64,000 bases of DNA from Mobula hypostoma (Eukaryota): positions 51,710,001 to 51,774,000 of the forward strand of contig NC_086108.1 in assembly GCF_963921235.1 (NCBI RefSeq), in the 5' to 3' direction. A program made the position numbers and the translations under genes. Shown one piece after another: positions 52,490-64,000 of this stretch. The notes under the pieces are model-generated. The model ran no database searches. It was not told the DNA's origin and worked only from the letters and a program-made list of their open reading frames with translations. Position 1 is the first letter of the stretch; each line of letters opens with the position of its first letter.

Positions 52490-53530
52490 TAGCAGGAAAC
52501 ACAGAAAATTGTCAGGCAATCAAGCAAATTCACCATGGTTTGTGAAAAGGAAATTGTGTTTGACCAATTTATTGAATTTCTATTTAGAAGTGAATGGAAA
52601 ACCAGTCGATATATTGCACTTAGATTTCCAGAAGACACTTTGATAAGGTGCCGCATTAAAGTTATTGCAGAAAATGCAAGCTTGTGGTTTGGGAGGTAAC
52701 TGAATGGGTAAATGATAGGAACCAGGCACTCTAACGAGAAACAAAAGTAGGCAAAAATGTTTTTTTTCCCGGTTGGCAACATGTGGTGACCAGGATATAA
52801 ACTGTGAAGAAGACATTAGGAGGTTATAAGGATATATTAGCAGGTTAGCTGAGTGAGAAAAATAGGACAAGTAGTGTATATTTGGCTAAATGTATTATTA
52901 TTCATTTTGGCAAGAAATAAAAAACATTATCTACATGATAAGACATTGGGATATGTATCAAGATTCCTTGCGCAAGTTTTGCAAAAGGCTACAATGTAGG
53001 TTCTGTAAGTAATTAACAAAGTTAACAGAACATCACACTTTAATACTAGTGGAATTGTATTTATCCTTATACAGGGACATTAATAAGACTAAATCTGAAT
53101 TACTGTTTACTTACATTAGTAACAATATATGTATATTGGAAGCAGTTCAGAAACGTTTGTTAGAATGATGCCTTGAATGGGTAGGTTATCTTGAGAGAAC
53201 GGGTTAGGTCTGTATTTGCAGGAGAGGTAGCTTGTTTAAATATATGAGTTTCTGAAGGATTTTGCAACTTAAAGAGGGTACTTCTCGTGGGAGAATATAG
53301 AACTAAAGGTCTCTATTTGAAAAAAAGGGCTCACCCATTTCAGGCAGGATGAGGCTGAAGTTTTTCTCTTAGAAATTATAGGAGTTTTTGTTACTTTCTG
53401 TCATTTGTCTTCGAATATTTTAAGGCATAACATAATAGATTCTTGATAAGCAAGTGGGTGGAAATTTACTAGAGGAAGGTAGAAGTATGGAGTTGAGGTT
53501 CCAATCAGATAGGCAATGATTTTACAGAAT
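52490..53530 (+). mobile_element. Very decayed CR1-like LINE
   Basis: Degenerate catggtttgtgaaaaggaaattgtgtttgaccaattt, tttgataaggtgccgca and 3' tail. Confidence 0.65.
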
Positions 53531-54680
53531 GCCAGAGTCCAGGAAAGTATAGACCAATGAGTCTTACTTCAGTGGTTGGTAAGTTGATGGAGAAGATCCT
53601 GAGAGGCAGGATTTATGAACATTTGGAGAGGCATAATATGATTAGGAATAGTCAGCATGACTTTGTCAAAGGCAGGTCGTGCCTTACGAGCCTGACTAAA
53701 TGTTTTGAGGATGTGACTAAACACATTGATGAAGGTAGAGCAGTAGATGTAGTGTATATGGATTCAGCAAGGCATTTGATAAGGTACCCCTATCAAGGCT
53801 TATTGAGAAAGTAAGGAGGCATGGGATCCAAGGGGATATTGCTTTCTGGATTCAGAACTAGCTTGCCCACAGAAAGCAAAGAGTGGTTGTAGACGGGTCA
53901 TATTCTGCATGGAGGTCAGTGACCAGTGGTGTGACTCAGGGAAGTGTTCTACTCTTCGTGATTTTTATAAATGACCTGGATGAGGAAGTGGAGGGATGGG
54001 TTAGTAAATTTGCTGATGACACAAAGGTTGGAGGCATTGTGGATAGTGTGGAAGGCTGTCAGAGGTTACAGTGGGACATTGATAGGATGCAAAACAGGGC
54101 TCAGAAGTGGCAGATGGAGTTCAACCCAGATTAGTGTGAGGTGGTTCATTTCGGTAGGTCAAATATGATGGCAGAATATAGTATTAATGGTAAGATTCTT
54201 GGCAGTGTGGAGAATCAGAGGGATCTTGGGGTCAGAGTCCATTGGACACTCAAAGCTGCTGCACAGGTTGACTCTGTGGTTAAAAAGGCATACGGTGCAT
54301 TGGCTTTCATCAATCGTGGGGTTGAGTTTTGGAGCCGAGAGGTAATGTTGCAGCTATATAGGACCCTGGTCAGACCCCACTTGGAGTACTGTGCTCATTT
54401 CGGGTCGCCTCACTACAGGAAGGATGTTGCCTGGATTATGGAGCATGTCTTATGAGAATAATGCCTTTTCTCCTTGGAGTGATGGAGGATGAGTGGTGAC
54501 CTGATAGAGGTATATAAGATGATGAGAGGTATTGATCGTGTGGATAGTCAGAGGCTTTTTCCCAGGGCTGAAATGGCTAGCACGAGAGGGCACAGTTTTA
54601 AGGTGCTTGGAAGTAGGTTCGGCTCAGTATGGAGGGCCGAAGGGTCCATATTGTGCTGTAGGTTTTTTATGTTTCTCATT
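53531..54680 (+). mobile_element. CR1-like LINE 3' portion (younger subfamily)
   Basis: Contains SLTSVVGKLMEKI, QHDFVKGRSCLT, SKFADDTKVGG and YRTLVRPHLEYC; same subfamily as 19410-20590. Confidence 0.9.
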
Positions 54681-54708
54681 TGTATGTTCATGTTCAACGT
54701 TGAAAACT

Positions 54709-56640
54709 TAAAAGTTCGAAGTAATTTCATTAAGAAAGTACATATATCTCACCATATACTGCCCTGAGATTCATTTTCTTGTGGACATTTGGAGTAAGTA
54801 CAAGAAACACAATAGACTAAGTAAAAGACCACACCCAACAGGGTGGACAAACAGCCAAATGTGCAGAAGACAACAAACTGTGCAAATGAAAAAGAGACAA
54901 ATAATATTTATTGCTTATTTATTATTTAAGAACATGAGATAAACAGTCCTTGAAAGTGAGTCCATAGGCTATAGGAACAGTTCAGTGATGGGGCAGGTAA
55001 AATTGAATCAAGTTATCTCCTCTGGTTCAACAGCCTAATGGTTGAGTGGTAATAACTGATCCTGAACCTGGTGGTGTGGGTCCTGAGGCTCCTGTACCTT
55101 CTTTCTGATGGCAGCAATGAGAAGAGAGCATGGCCTGGATGGTGAGAGTCCTTGATAATGGATATTGCTCTCCTGCAATAGTATTCCGTATAGATGTGCT
55201 CAACGGTGGGGAGGGCTTTACCTGTGTTGGACTAAGCTGTATCCACTACTTTTTGTAGACTTTTCTGTTCAGTGGCAGTGGTGTTTCCATACCAGGCTGG
55301 GATGCAACCAGTCAACATACTCTCCACCACACATCTATAGAAGCTTGTCAAAATTTTAGATGACATACCAAATCTTTGCAAACTTCTAACGAAGTAGAGG
55401 CATTGCCGTGCTTTCTTCATAATTGCACTTATATGTCAGGCCCAGCACAGGTCCTCTGACATGATAACACCAAGAAATTTAAGGTCACTGACCCTCTTCA
55501 CCTCTGATCGTTCAATGAGTAGCTGACGCTCCTCCGGTTTCCTGCTCCTGAGGTCAATAATCAGCACTTTGCTTTTGTTGACATTGAGTGAGAGGTTGTT
55601 GTTGTGGCACCACTCAGCCAGAGTTTCAATCTCCATCCTCTACGCTGATTTGTCACCACCTTTTATTCAGCAAATTTAAACATGGTATTGGAGCTGCACT
55701 TTGCCTCACAGTGATAAGCATACAGCAAGTAGAGCAGGGGGCTAAGCACACCGCCTTGTGGTGCACCTGAGCTGATGGAGATTGTGCAGGAGATGTTTCT
55801 GTCAATTGGAACTGACAGGAGTCCGCAAGTGAGGAAATTGAGCATCCAGTTGCACGAGCAGGTATTGAAGCTTATTGATTAGCTTTGTGGGCATGATAGA
55901 ATTGAATGCTGAGCTGTTGTCGATGAAGGGCATCCTGATGTATGCATCAACATTGTCCAGTTGTTACAGGGTACAGTCAAGAGCCAATGAAATGGCATCT
56001 GCTGTTGTCATGTTGCTCCAGTAGACAAATGGGAGAAGATCCGGGTCACTTCTCAGGTGGGAGTTGATATGTTTCATCACCATCCTCTCAAAGCACTACA
56101 TCACAGTGGAAGTAAGTGCTGCTGGATGATAATCATTTAGGCAGATTACCACATTCTCCTTAGGCACCGGTAAAATTGAAGCGTACTTGAAGTGGGGACT
56201 GATACTTCAGACTGCTGAAGTGAGATTTAAATATATTGGTAAACACTCCAGCCAGATGATCAACACAAGTCTTTAGTACTCAGCCAGGTACCCCATATGG
56301 GCTGGATGTTTCAGTGGGTTCACCCACCTGAAGGATGCTCTCACATCAGCCTCAGACACTGAAATCACAGGGTCATCAGGGGCTGTGGGAGTTTGCGAAA
56401 GTGCCTCCAAGTGAGCATAAAAGGCATTGAGCACATCTAGCAGCAAAGCCTTGTTGTCACCTATATCACTTGGTTTCACTTTGTAAGAGGGGATAACATT
56501 CAAACCCTCTCATAGGTGTCAATCATCCTTCAGTAATTCCAATTTGGCCTGGAATGCCATTTCGCATGTGAGATGGCTTTCTGGAAATCTGATCTGGCCC
56601 TCAGCAGACTGCAGATCTCATGGTTCATCCAGGGCTCGTT
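54709..56640 (-). mobile_element. Decayed Rex1/Babar-like LINE (RT and 3' end)
   Basis: Minus-strand remnants GAPQGGVLSPLLYLLY..., WCHNNNLSLNVNKSKVLIIDLR, KFLGV, KKARQCLYFVRSL...FYRCVVESMLTGCI.AWYGN. Confidence 0.8.
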
Positions 56641-57051
56641 GCTGGGTGGCATGACTCATTGGGCTGGAAGGGCCTGTTCTGCACTGTATCTCTAAATAAA
56701 ATAAAATTAATTTCAAGAAAATGGACTTGGGAGTCAGAAGCAATGTTTGAAGATGTTACAAAGCTTATGAAGATGGCTGTTCACTTCTAGATAATGTAAA
56801 TTGTGGTGAAATGCCCAGTAGCTTTGTAGAAGAAACTTAATGAGTGAAGTGCGGCAAAGGAATTTTTGGGATGAATGATATGGGGAGACAGTAAGTTATA
56901 AATGGTATGATTTGGGTGAAAAGAGTTCCATAGGCACATATTCTTAAAGGAAATAGCATAAGTTAACATATTTCAAAAACTTATGGGTGGTTTTGTTTTT
57001 AATATAAAAGCATAGATTATTAAATCCAAGAGTTCAAAGCTTAATAAGTTT

Positions 57052-57790
57052 TTAACATAGAAACATAGAAAACCTACAGCACAGTACGGGCCCTTTGGCC
57101 CACAATGCTGTGTCGAATACAGTATGTACTTACTTTAGAAATTACCTATGGTTACCCATAGCCCTCTATTTTTCTAAGCTCCATTTACCTATCCTGGAGT
57201 CTTTTAAAAGACCCTATCTTATCTGCCTCCAGCACCGTTGCCGGCAGCCCATTCCACACACTCACCACTCTCTGCTTAAAAAACTTACCCCTGACATCTC
57301 CTCTGTACCTGCTCCCAAGCACCTTAAAACTGTGCCCTCTCGTGTTAGCCATTTCAGCCCTGGGAAAAAGCCTCCGACTACCCACATGATAAATGTCTTT
57401 CATCATCTTACACACCTCTATCAGGTCACCTCTCATCCTCTGTTGCTCCAAGGAAAAAAGGCCAAGTTCATTCAGTCTATTCTCATAAGATATGCTCCCC
57501 AATCCAGGTAACATCCTTGTAAATCTCTTCTGCACCCTTTCTATAGTTTCCACATCCTTCCTGTTGTGAGGTGAGCGGAACTGAGCATAATACTCTACAA
57601 GTGGGGTCTGACCAGGGTTCTATATAGCTGTAACATTATCTCTCGGCTCTTGAACTCAATCCTACAGTTGATAAAGATCAATACACCGTATGCCTTCTAA
57701 ACCACATAGTTAACCTGTGCAGCAGCTTTGGGTGCCCTATGGACTTGGATCCCAAGATCCTCGTGATCCCCCACACTGCCAAGAGTCTTA
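57052..57790 (-). mobile_element. CR1-like LINE 3' portion, inserted in an older + strand CR1 remnant (~56650-58320)
   Basis: ORF 57185-57553 reads ERVQKRFTRMLPGL...LFSLEQQRMRGDLIEV...WNGLP; the (AACATAG) tail is on the left. Confidence 0.9.
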
Positions 57791-58908
57791 CACCAGCAAC
57801 CTAAGGATCTAGTTAGATTGGGACACTATGGACAGTTCTGGATAGCATACACTTCAGGAAAGATATAACAGATGTAGAAGGGGTACAAGGGAAGTTTATT
57901 GAGATGTTACCAAGGATGAGGGACTTCAATTATAAGAAAAATCTAAAAAAAATTGTTTTGTATTTGAGAAGGTTCGGATTTGACTTCACTGTGGCTTTTC
58001 AAGTGATGCAACGTTTTTGCATGATAAACTAATCTCTGCTGAATGAGCCAGTCTCCAAAGGCTATGGGTTTAAACTGCTTTGCAGAAGGAAAAAGGAGAT
58101 AAGGAGATTTATTTTTCATTGGCTTTTAAGATCTGGGATACTCAGCCTAAAAAGGAAGTTGATTCAGTGAGTGATTTTAAGCAGGTTGGTCAATTTCTTA
58201 AGAATAAGAAACTGTGGGATTACAACAAAAAGAAAGATATGAGAACAAATATGACTGCTATTTCAAAGAGCTAACACAACAAGATGGGCCAAATATCTTC
58301 CTTCTTTGTTGTAAGTGTCCATGATTCTCTGCAGTAGTATAATCTCAGTATCCTGAAAGAGAATAAAAGTTCTCTATTTAAATTTAGACTCTATGGTTTC
58401 AATTAAAATCTTGTTCATGTTTAGAATAATTACTGGTGCTGATAATCATAACATTGATGCACCCACACATAGACAAACACAGACACAGCAACACGTGTAA
58501 ATGATTCTAATTCTAGTGCTGTGCTATGCAATCTGAAATGTATTTATTCAACTGAGACTAAAGTTATTAATTTGCCTTGTCAATTATCTGATGTCAATAG
58601 AACATTATACCAGTACATCAAGGGTAATTTCCACATTTTCTGTGCACAACCTTTCTAAACAGACTGTATACACTTGAGGATCAACCTTACCCTTCAGCTA
58701 GTCTCTTTGGCCGTACATCCTATTGGACTCCATAAATCCATTCCACAATTCCTCTGTACACAATAGGTATGTATCAAATCAATCACATTAATATACATCG
58801 TACCCATAATACCTTGATGTAAACACCATTAATCAGTAACACTCAAGCAATGTACATTGGTTACTTTACAGGAGGCATGTAACAACAGGCATCATTTCAT
58901 ATCCATCT

Positions 58909-59002
58909 ATGATTTCCATAGATGCTGCCTGACCTGCTGAGTTCCTCCAGCATTTTGTGTGTGTACTTTGGATTTCCAGCATCTGCAGACTTTCTGGTGA
59001 TT
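58909..59002 (+). mobile_element. Penelope-like extreme 3'-tail fragment
   Basis: ATAGATGCTGCCTGACCTGCTGAGTTCCTCCAGCA...TTTCCAGCATCTGCAG; duplicated ATCATTTCATATC at 58891-58903 and 59003-59015. Confidence 0.75.
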
Positions 59003-59955
59003 ATCATTTCATATCTATCTGCATAACCTGTGTCCTCCTGCCTTCTTTCTGTCTTAGAAACACCCACATAATTATACACAAAATACATGTGTATTATTCC
59101 CCTCTTTCTGAATGTTTGTTACCTATCATTGTTCCTTAAGAAAATAAAGCAAATGTTTATTCAACTGAAATAAGTTACAATTGAGAAAATAAGAATGTTA
59201 TTCTAAAAGTAAAAGACAGAGGTAATATCATAGCATCTAAGCAATTTTAATGTCTTTCATAATTATTTTTATGCCAATGATGAAATTATGTGTATTCATG
59301 ATTAATTAACTACATTGAGCAAATATAATCATTGCTATCCAGTGTGACAACCTGTCACAATGGCAAACTTTATTGTTTAAGAACTGTGTTGGAAGTTATG
59401 GAAAGTAAGTGAAACAGATTTAGCATAGTGTTTCAAGTGAAAAGTAAAGAATATATGCAAAGACAATGTTTTGGAGAACACAGATCTATCAAGTAGAATC
59501 CTTGCATTAAGTTAAGAACCAAGCTTGTGGTTGATATTTCATGTTGATGGCATTGATTGATTGCTAGATGAAATATGCCCTCTTGGGGCCATTTAGTTTC
59601 AGTGCTGATGAGATCATAAGTAGGTAAGACATACTGTATGTGTAGGACTAGGCCATTTGGTTCTTTAAATCTGCTTTACTAATGATCAAGATCATGGTTA
59701 TGCTCTATCGCAGTGCTATTTTCTTGCATTTTCCTGCACTATGCCCTTGACCCTCCCCCCCAAGAAACAAACTACAATCAATCTCTTGTTCGAATAAACT
59801 CAGCAACTACAGCTAGCACAATCTTCTGGAAGAGAGAATTTCAAAGATTCATTTCCATTGTGTATGAAGAAGTCAACTCTGACTTACTGTATGTTTTCCT
59901 TCAATTCAGTAATGACTGGCATGCCCTTTATTCTGAGACTGTGACCCCTAGTTTT

Positions 59956-60212
59956 ATTTATTTACTTATTGGGATACAGAGTAGAATAGGCCCTTCCGAC
60001 CCTTCGAGCCACGCCGTCCAGCAACACCCAATTTAATCTTAACCTTATCATGGGACAGTTTACAATGACCAATTAACCTACCAACCATCTTTGGACTGTG
60101 GAAGGAAACTGGAGGAAACCCACATGAAAACGGGGAGAACATGTAACAGTGGGAATTGAACCCGGGTCGCTTGTATTGTAAATTGTTGTGCTAACCTCTT
60201 CACTACCATGCC
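59956..60212 (-). mobile_element. tRNA-derived SINE nested in a minus-strand CR1 remnant (~59620-60600)
   Basis: Minus-strand head GGCATGGTAGTG...GGTTAGCAC with B box GGGTTCAATTCC, central TGGGTTTCCTCC motif and AAAT-rich tail; flanking AGTTTT duplication. Confidence 0.75.
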
Positions 60213-61972
60213 AGTTTTTGACTCCTTAGCCAAGGCAAACATCCTTCCTGCATCCACAGTTTTACCCTGTATGAATTTAGTAAATATCAATGAGATCACT
60301 TCTTATTCTTCTAAATTCTGGAGCAAACAATGTCTTTCGAGAATGCTTAGTATCTTTTCAAATATTAAAGAGACCATCACATGCACCATTTTATTGAATT
60401 TTCACTGCAATTCCTCTATGGAAAATGTACCTTTTTTAGGTAAAGAAACCAAAATTGTACACAATGGACTGGGTGAAGTCTCAGCAATGTTCTATATTAT
60501 TGTAATAAGAATTCTTTTCTCCTTTACTTAAATCCTCTCTCCTAAAGAGCCAGCATACCATATACCTTCCTAGCTGCTTTTTCCCATTTCATATTCCATC
60601 TGGTATGTTCTTGTCCACTCAGTTAGCTTGTCTATATCCTCTTATTTAATAAAAGATCTTTGTGATCCATGTTAAATTAATGTTAGTTACAGGGCAATCA
60701 GTTATTTATTAAGTTAAACAGCTTTACTCAGTCTGATAGTAGTGAGTCCCCAACGTGTAATGTGCATGAGTACAAGTTTCTGCTTTACTTAAGCGTGATT
60801 CTGGCAAAGGCTGAATTATAGCTTAGTATAACCAAACCAAAAAACTGTCAAACCAAAGGAACATTGAAACAGATCATCCAATTTAAAGTATCAGCCTTGC
60901 TTTGCTCCCCAAGGAAATCAGCTTGGACAATGTCTCCTGAAGAACCAAGGTGTTTCTAGTTTCTGTTATTCTTATCACATAAGTATTGATCTCAGAAGGA
61001 GTGGAAGGGGAGTATATAAAAGACACTGCATACTGAACAATGAAGTACTGGATAGATTGATTTAATGGGTAGGATTTACTGTAAGTGAATTTTAATGTGA
61101 AATTAATGAATAAATAGTTGAAGATTTGAAAATACAGGTGGAGGTATAACATGTGGCAATTATTGCTTAGGTGAGAATATTTAAGATTCCCATTTTTTAG
61201 ACATCCTAGGTGTTGAGTCATCAGGTTCATCAGCTCCTGTGTGTACTTTTGCATTGACTAGATTTTGTCTGCAAGACTCCCATTGTTCAACAAAACTGAA
61301 ATTTTGAAAATGCATGGAAAAACAATTTCACAATCATGTATTCTCCTCTTTGGCAGGCCACTACATCTATTTGCTGTGCTAGAATTCCACCCATCTCTCT
61401 TGTGCGTGTCTTTTCTTTCCTCAATTGATGATAAACTTAATTCTCCCATTCTGTTTGTGTCTAATTGTGATCTAATTGAACATCTGAAATTTTTACATTA
61501 AAGTGAGTTGCTGTTCCCCCGCTCCACAGCAGTAGTAAAAAGCTCAAACCTGCTGCAGAGTGCATTCTAGATTTCACATTTCAACAATTCTCTGGTTCAT
61601 TTGTTATTTCAGCTTTATGCAGACATTGCATCACATATAGCCACATTGAAGTCTGTTTATTCATGTGAAATGTTTCAGACCAATATTTTATGAGCAGGAT
61701 CAAAAAGTATTGAATTGCAAAAGAGCAATTCAGACTGCAAGGTGATAGCATTTGTTCAGTCAGTAAGAGAATATGAATGTAATAGAATCTCCATTTTCCA
61801 CAATAGAGGTTTTTCTTGAAATAGATCCTGATCATATCATATGCCAAGTTTAATTTACCTCTAAAACTTTGGAAATTACCATGGTAACAAAGAAAATGTG
61901 TATATAGGTATTATTTAAAGGCATGATTCTTGTTGCTCGCTAGCCAACATTGTATGTTTGTGTGTCCCATAG

Positions 61973-62111
61973 TGCAATGGCCAGCTACTCCTCCACCTGT
62001 GCTGCCACTAGCCCGACTCAAGGAATGAATATGGCCAACAGTATTGCCAACCTTCGCCTCAAAGCCAAAGAGTACAGCTTACAAAGAAATCAAGTGCCCA
62101 CCGTGAACTGA
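61973..62111 (+). CDS. PRRX1: PRRX1 final coding exon (OAR domain)
   Basis: Acceptor tcccatag ends at 61972. Encodes (G)AMASYSSTCAATSPTQGMNMANSIANLRLKAKEYSLQRNQVPTVN*. Spliced CDS 250+176+176+139 = 741 nt, 246 aa. Confidence 0.95.
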
Positions 62112-62361
62112 GTACCCCTCATGGACTATAGCAACCATGGGTCCATATATTCTCTGCAAACAGACATCATCAGAAACAGGTCTTAATGAAGGGAAAAGAA
62201 TGAAAAACTACATACAACAACATAATCCCAGTGCAACAGGCTAATTAAATACACCGACGCACACAAATACTTGACCTGTATAGAGCCAGAATTGCTGACA
62301 CGTTTCATCCCTGTGGATTTTTAAGTAAAAGCAAGAGTAAGTATATATTCCAGTTTTGTCA

Positions 62362-62766
62362 AATAAATGTTTTCCAACCCAGAATTAATATACTGGGACA
62401 CAATTTTTCAAACTTTGGCTAGACCAATTACAAGATTTTTTTTGGTGTACGTTTAAAGGGACTTTTATTGGGTCTCCAACTGAGTGTTGTATTAAAGTTA
62501 TATTGTATTGTTTCTATACAGATTTTACATTTTGTATCCATGACAAGGTTATTGTTAGCAATGCATTTTTTTCTATAGAGAAGCTTGGTAAGGCTATTTT
62601 TTGTTGACCAAACATTTTCTTTCAAGATAAGGCAAATCTGATTTCCTGTTCTCTCCATGTCTGTAACAATCTTGACCAATTCTGAAAGGGAAAATGGTTC
62701 TTTTGTACACAATAAACAAGCACTCAAAGACGTGGGATTATATCTGACCAGAAATACATCAATAAA
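62362..62766 (+). promoter_or_regulatory. Candidate PRRX1 polyadenylation signals in the 3' UTR
   Basis: AATAAA at 62362, 62711 and 62761; the true 3' end may lie further downstream. Confidence 0.3.
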
Positions 62767-64000
62767 TTATTATGAAAATATTGCTGTTGACAAATGGGTC
62801 TTTTTCAAAATTACTTTGCTAAATATTTTGTTGCAATGATGTACTATGCACATAAGTCACAGATGCAATAGGCACTAGTGCCTATTAGGTAGATTCATGC
62901 ATATTCTAGACAAAAGCTGTTAACTGTTTAGTAGCTGGTTTGCTAAGTTTCAGTTGTGAATATCAGAGAATTAGTGAACAAAAATGAGCGGGATCCTTCC
63001 ATCCCATAATTCAACCTTCCCAAGGCACTTTCCCCAATATCCTACACCATTTCAGACCTCACTTTTCCACTTTTAAATATGCCATTAGCCACTATAAATG
63101 TTCCTGACTTAGTCTACAATGAATGATTTGTTTAAAGATTTAAATGTTGTCCAGAAACTGTAAATTTATACAGTATCTCAAGGATATATATCCAGATATA
63201 AAATAGAACAGTATTTAGGATTTATTAACAAATAATTGACAATATTTGAATATTATGGTACTCTCCTAAGAAAGATAGAAAAACTAAAACACCCCTGGTT
63301 TCACTCCTGTCCAGAAAATTTAAAATAGGCCTTTATGTTCACCATCAGTAACTGCTCTATGTGAAGATTCCTTTTTCTAAAATTAATGCAAATTCATTCG
63401 TTTTGGATATTTATTCATTTTCCTTTTGAACACAACAGTTAACTCTAGCTTCACTATTGCCCTCCGGGCAGTGCATTCCTGACTCCAACCACTGACTGTG
63501 TAAAAATATTTTTCATTATGATATTTCCATTAATGTCTATGGCAAATTATTGTCATTCAGTATATGTTGAGATAAATTGATCCACTGGCCATTTATAGCA
63601 AAGAAACACAACACGGGGTTCATCCTCTCTGTTAATTTATGTTTTTTTCTAGATTTCACTTTGATTTCTATGGCATTCACTTTAATTATTTCCTACATTT
63701 TGACCAACGTCTAGACAACGAAGATTTTAGTTTGCTTTTGTTGTAAGGCTGAAAGGTAATGAGTAGCAAGTGGTCCCAGGGAAGAAAGGAAGAAGTTGGA
63801 CTAGTTAAGTCATGGTGAAAGAATGAACTGAGGATACTGGTCTGGGGATACATTTTCCTGATAAAAGTAGTGCATGTGTGGAGAAGCTTCTGAAGTCATT
63901 TCAGTTGCATAGGATAGATTTTCAGGAACACTGCTCTAATATACAAATAGCATATTAGTAGAAGTGCAGACACCATTCTATGTAACTCAAACAGCTCTTG

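Noticed and set aside
60140..60212. tRNA gene
   Set aside because: Only A/B-box remnants, no full cloverleaf; it is a SINE head.

Overview
Eukaryotic, intron-rich vertebrate DNA, most likely from a cartilaginous fish such as a ray (inferred from the repeat landscape and protein divergence, not proven). It holds two + strand protein-coding genes in the conserved vertebrate order. GORAB has coding exons 2-5 at 972-7483, and exon 1 lies upstream of the window. PRRX1 is a complete four-exon paired-like homeobox gene at 32972-62111, 246 aa with an OAR domain. The rest is mostly decayed retrotransposons (CR1-like LINEs, an L1/Tx1-like element, a Rex/Babar-like LINE, a Penelope-like GIY-YIG element, a tRNA-derived SINE) plus a Tigger-like DNA element. 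Four observations stand out. (1) A family of short Penelope-tail insertions with 10-14 bp target-site duplications carries minimal hammerhead-ribozyme motifs; one intact-core copy lies in a perfect 77-bp-arm hairpin in PRRX1 intron 2. (2) A candidate 65-nt stop-containing cassette exon in PRRX1 intron 3 would give a 216-aa OAR-less isoform, paralleling the mammalian short isoform. (3) A ~16 kb CpG-retaining, nearly TE-free domain surrounds the PRRX1 5' end. (4) GORAB exon 2 has an overlapping +4 splice donor. Repeat boundaries are approximate, and all homology calls are from recognition, not database searches.
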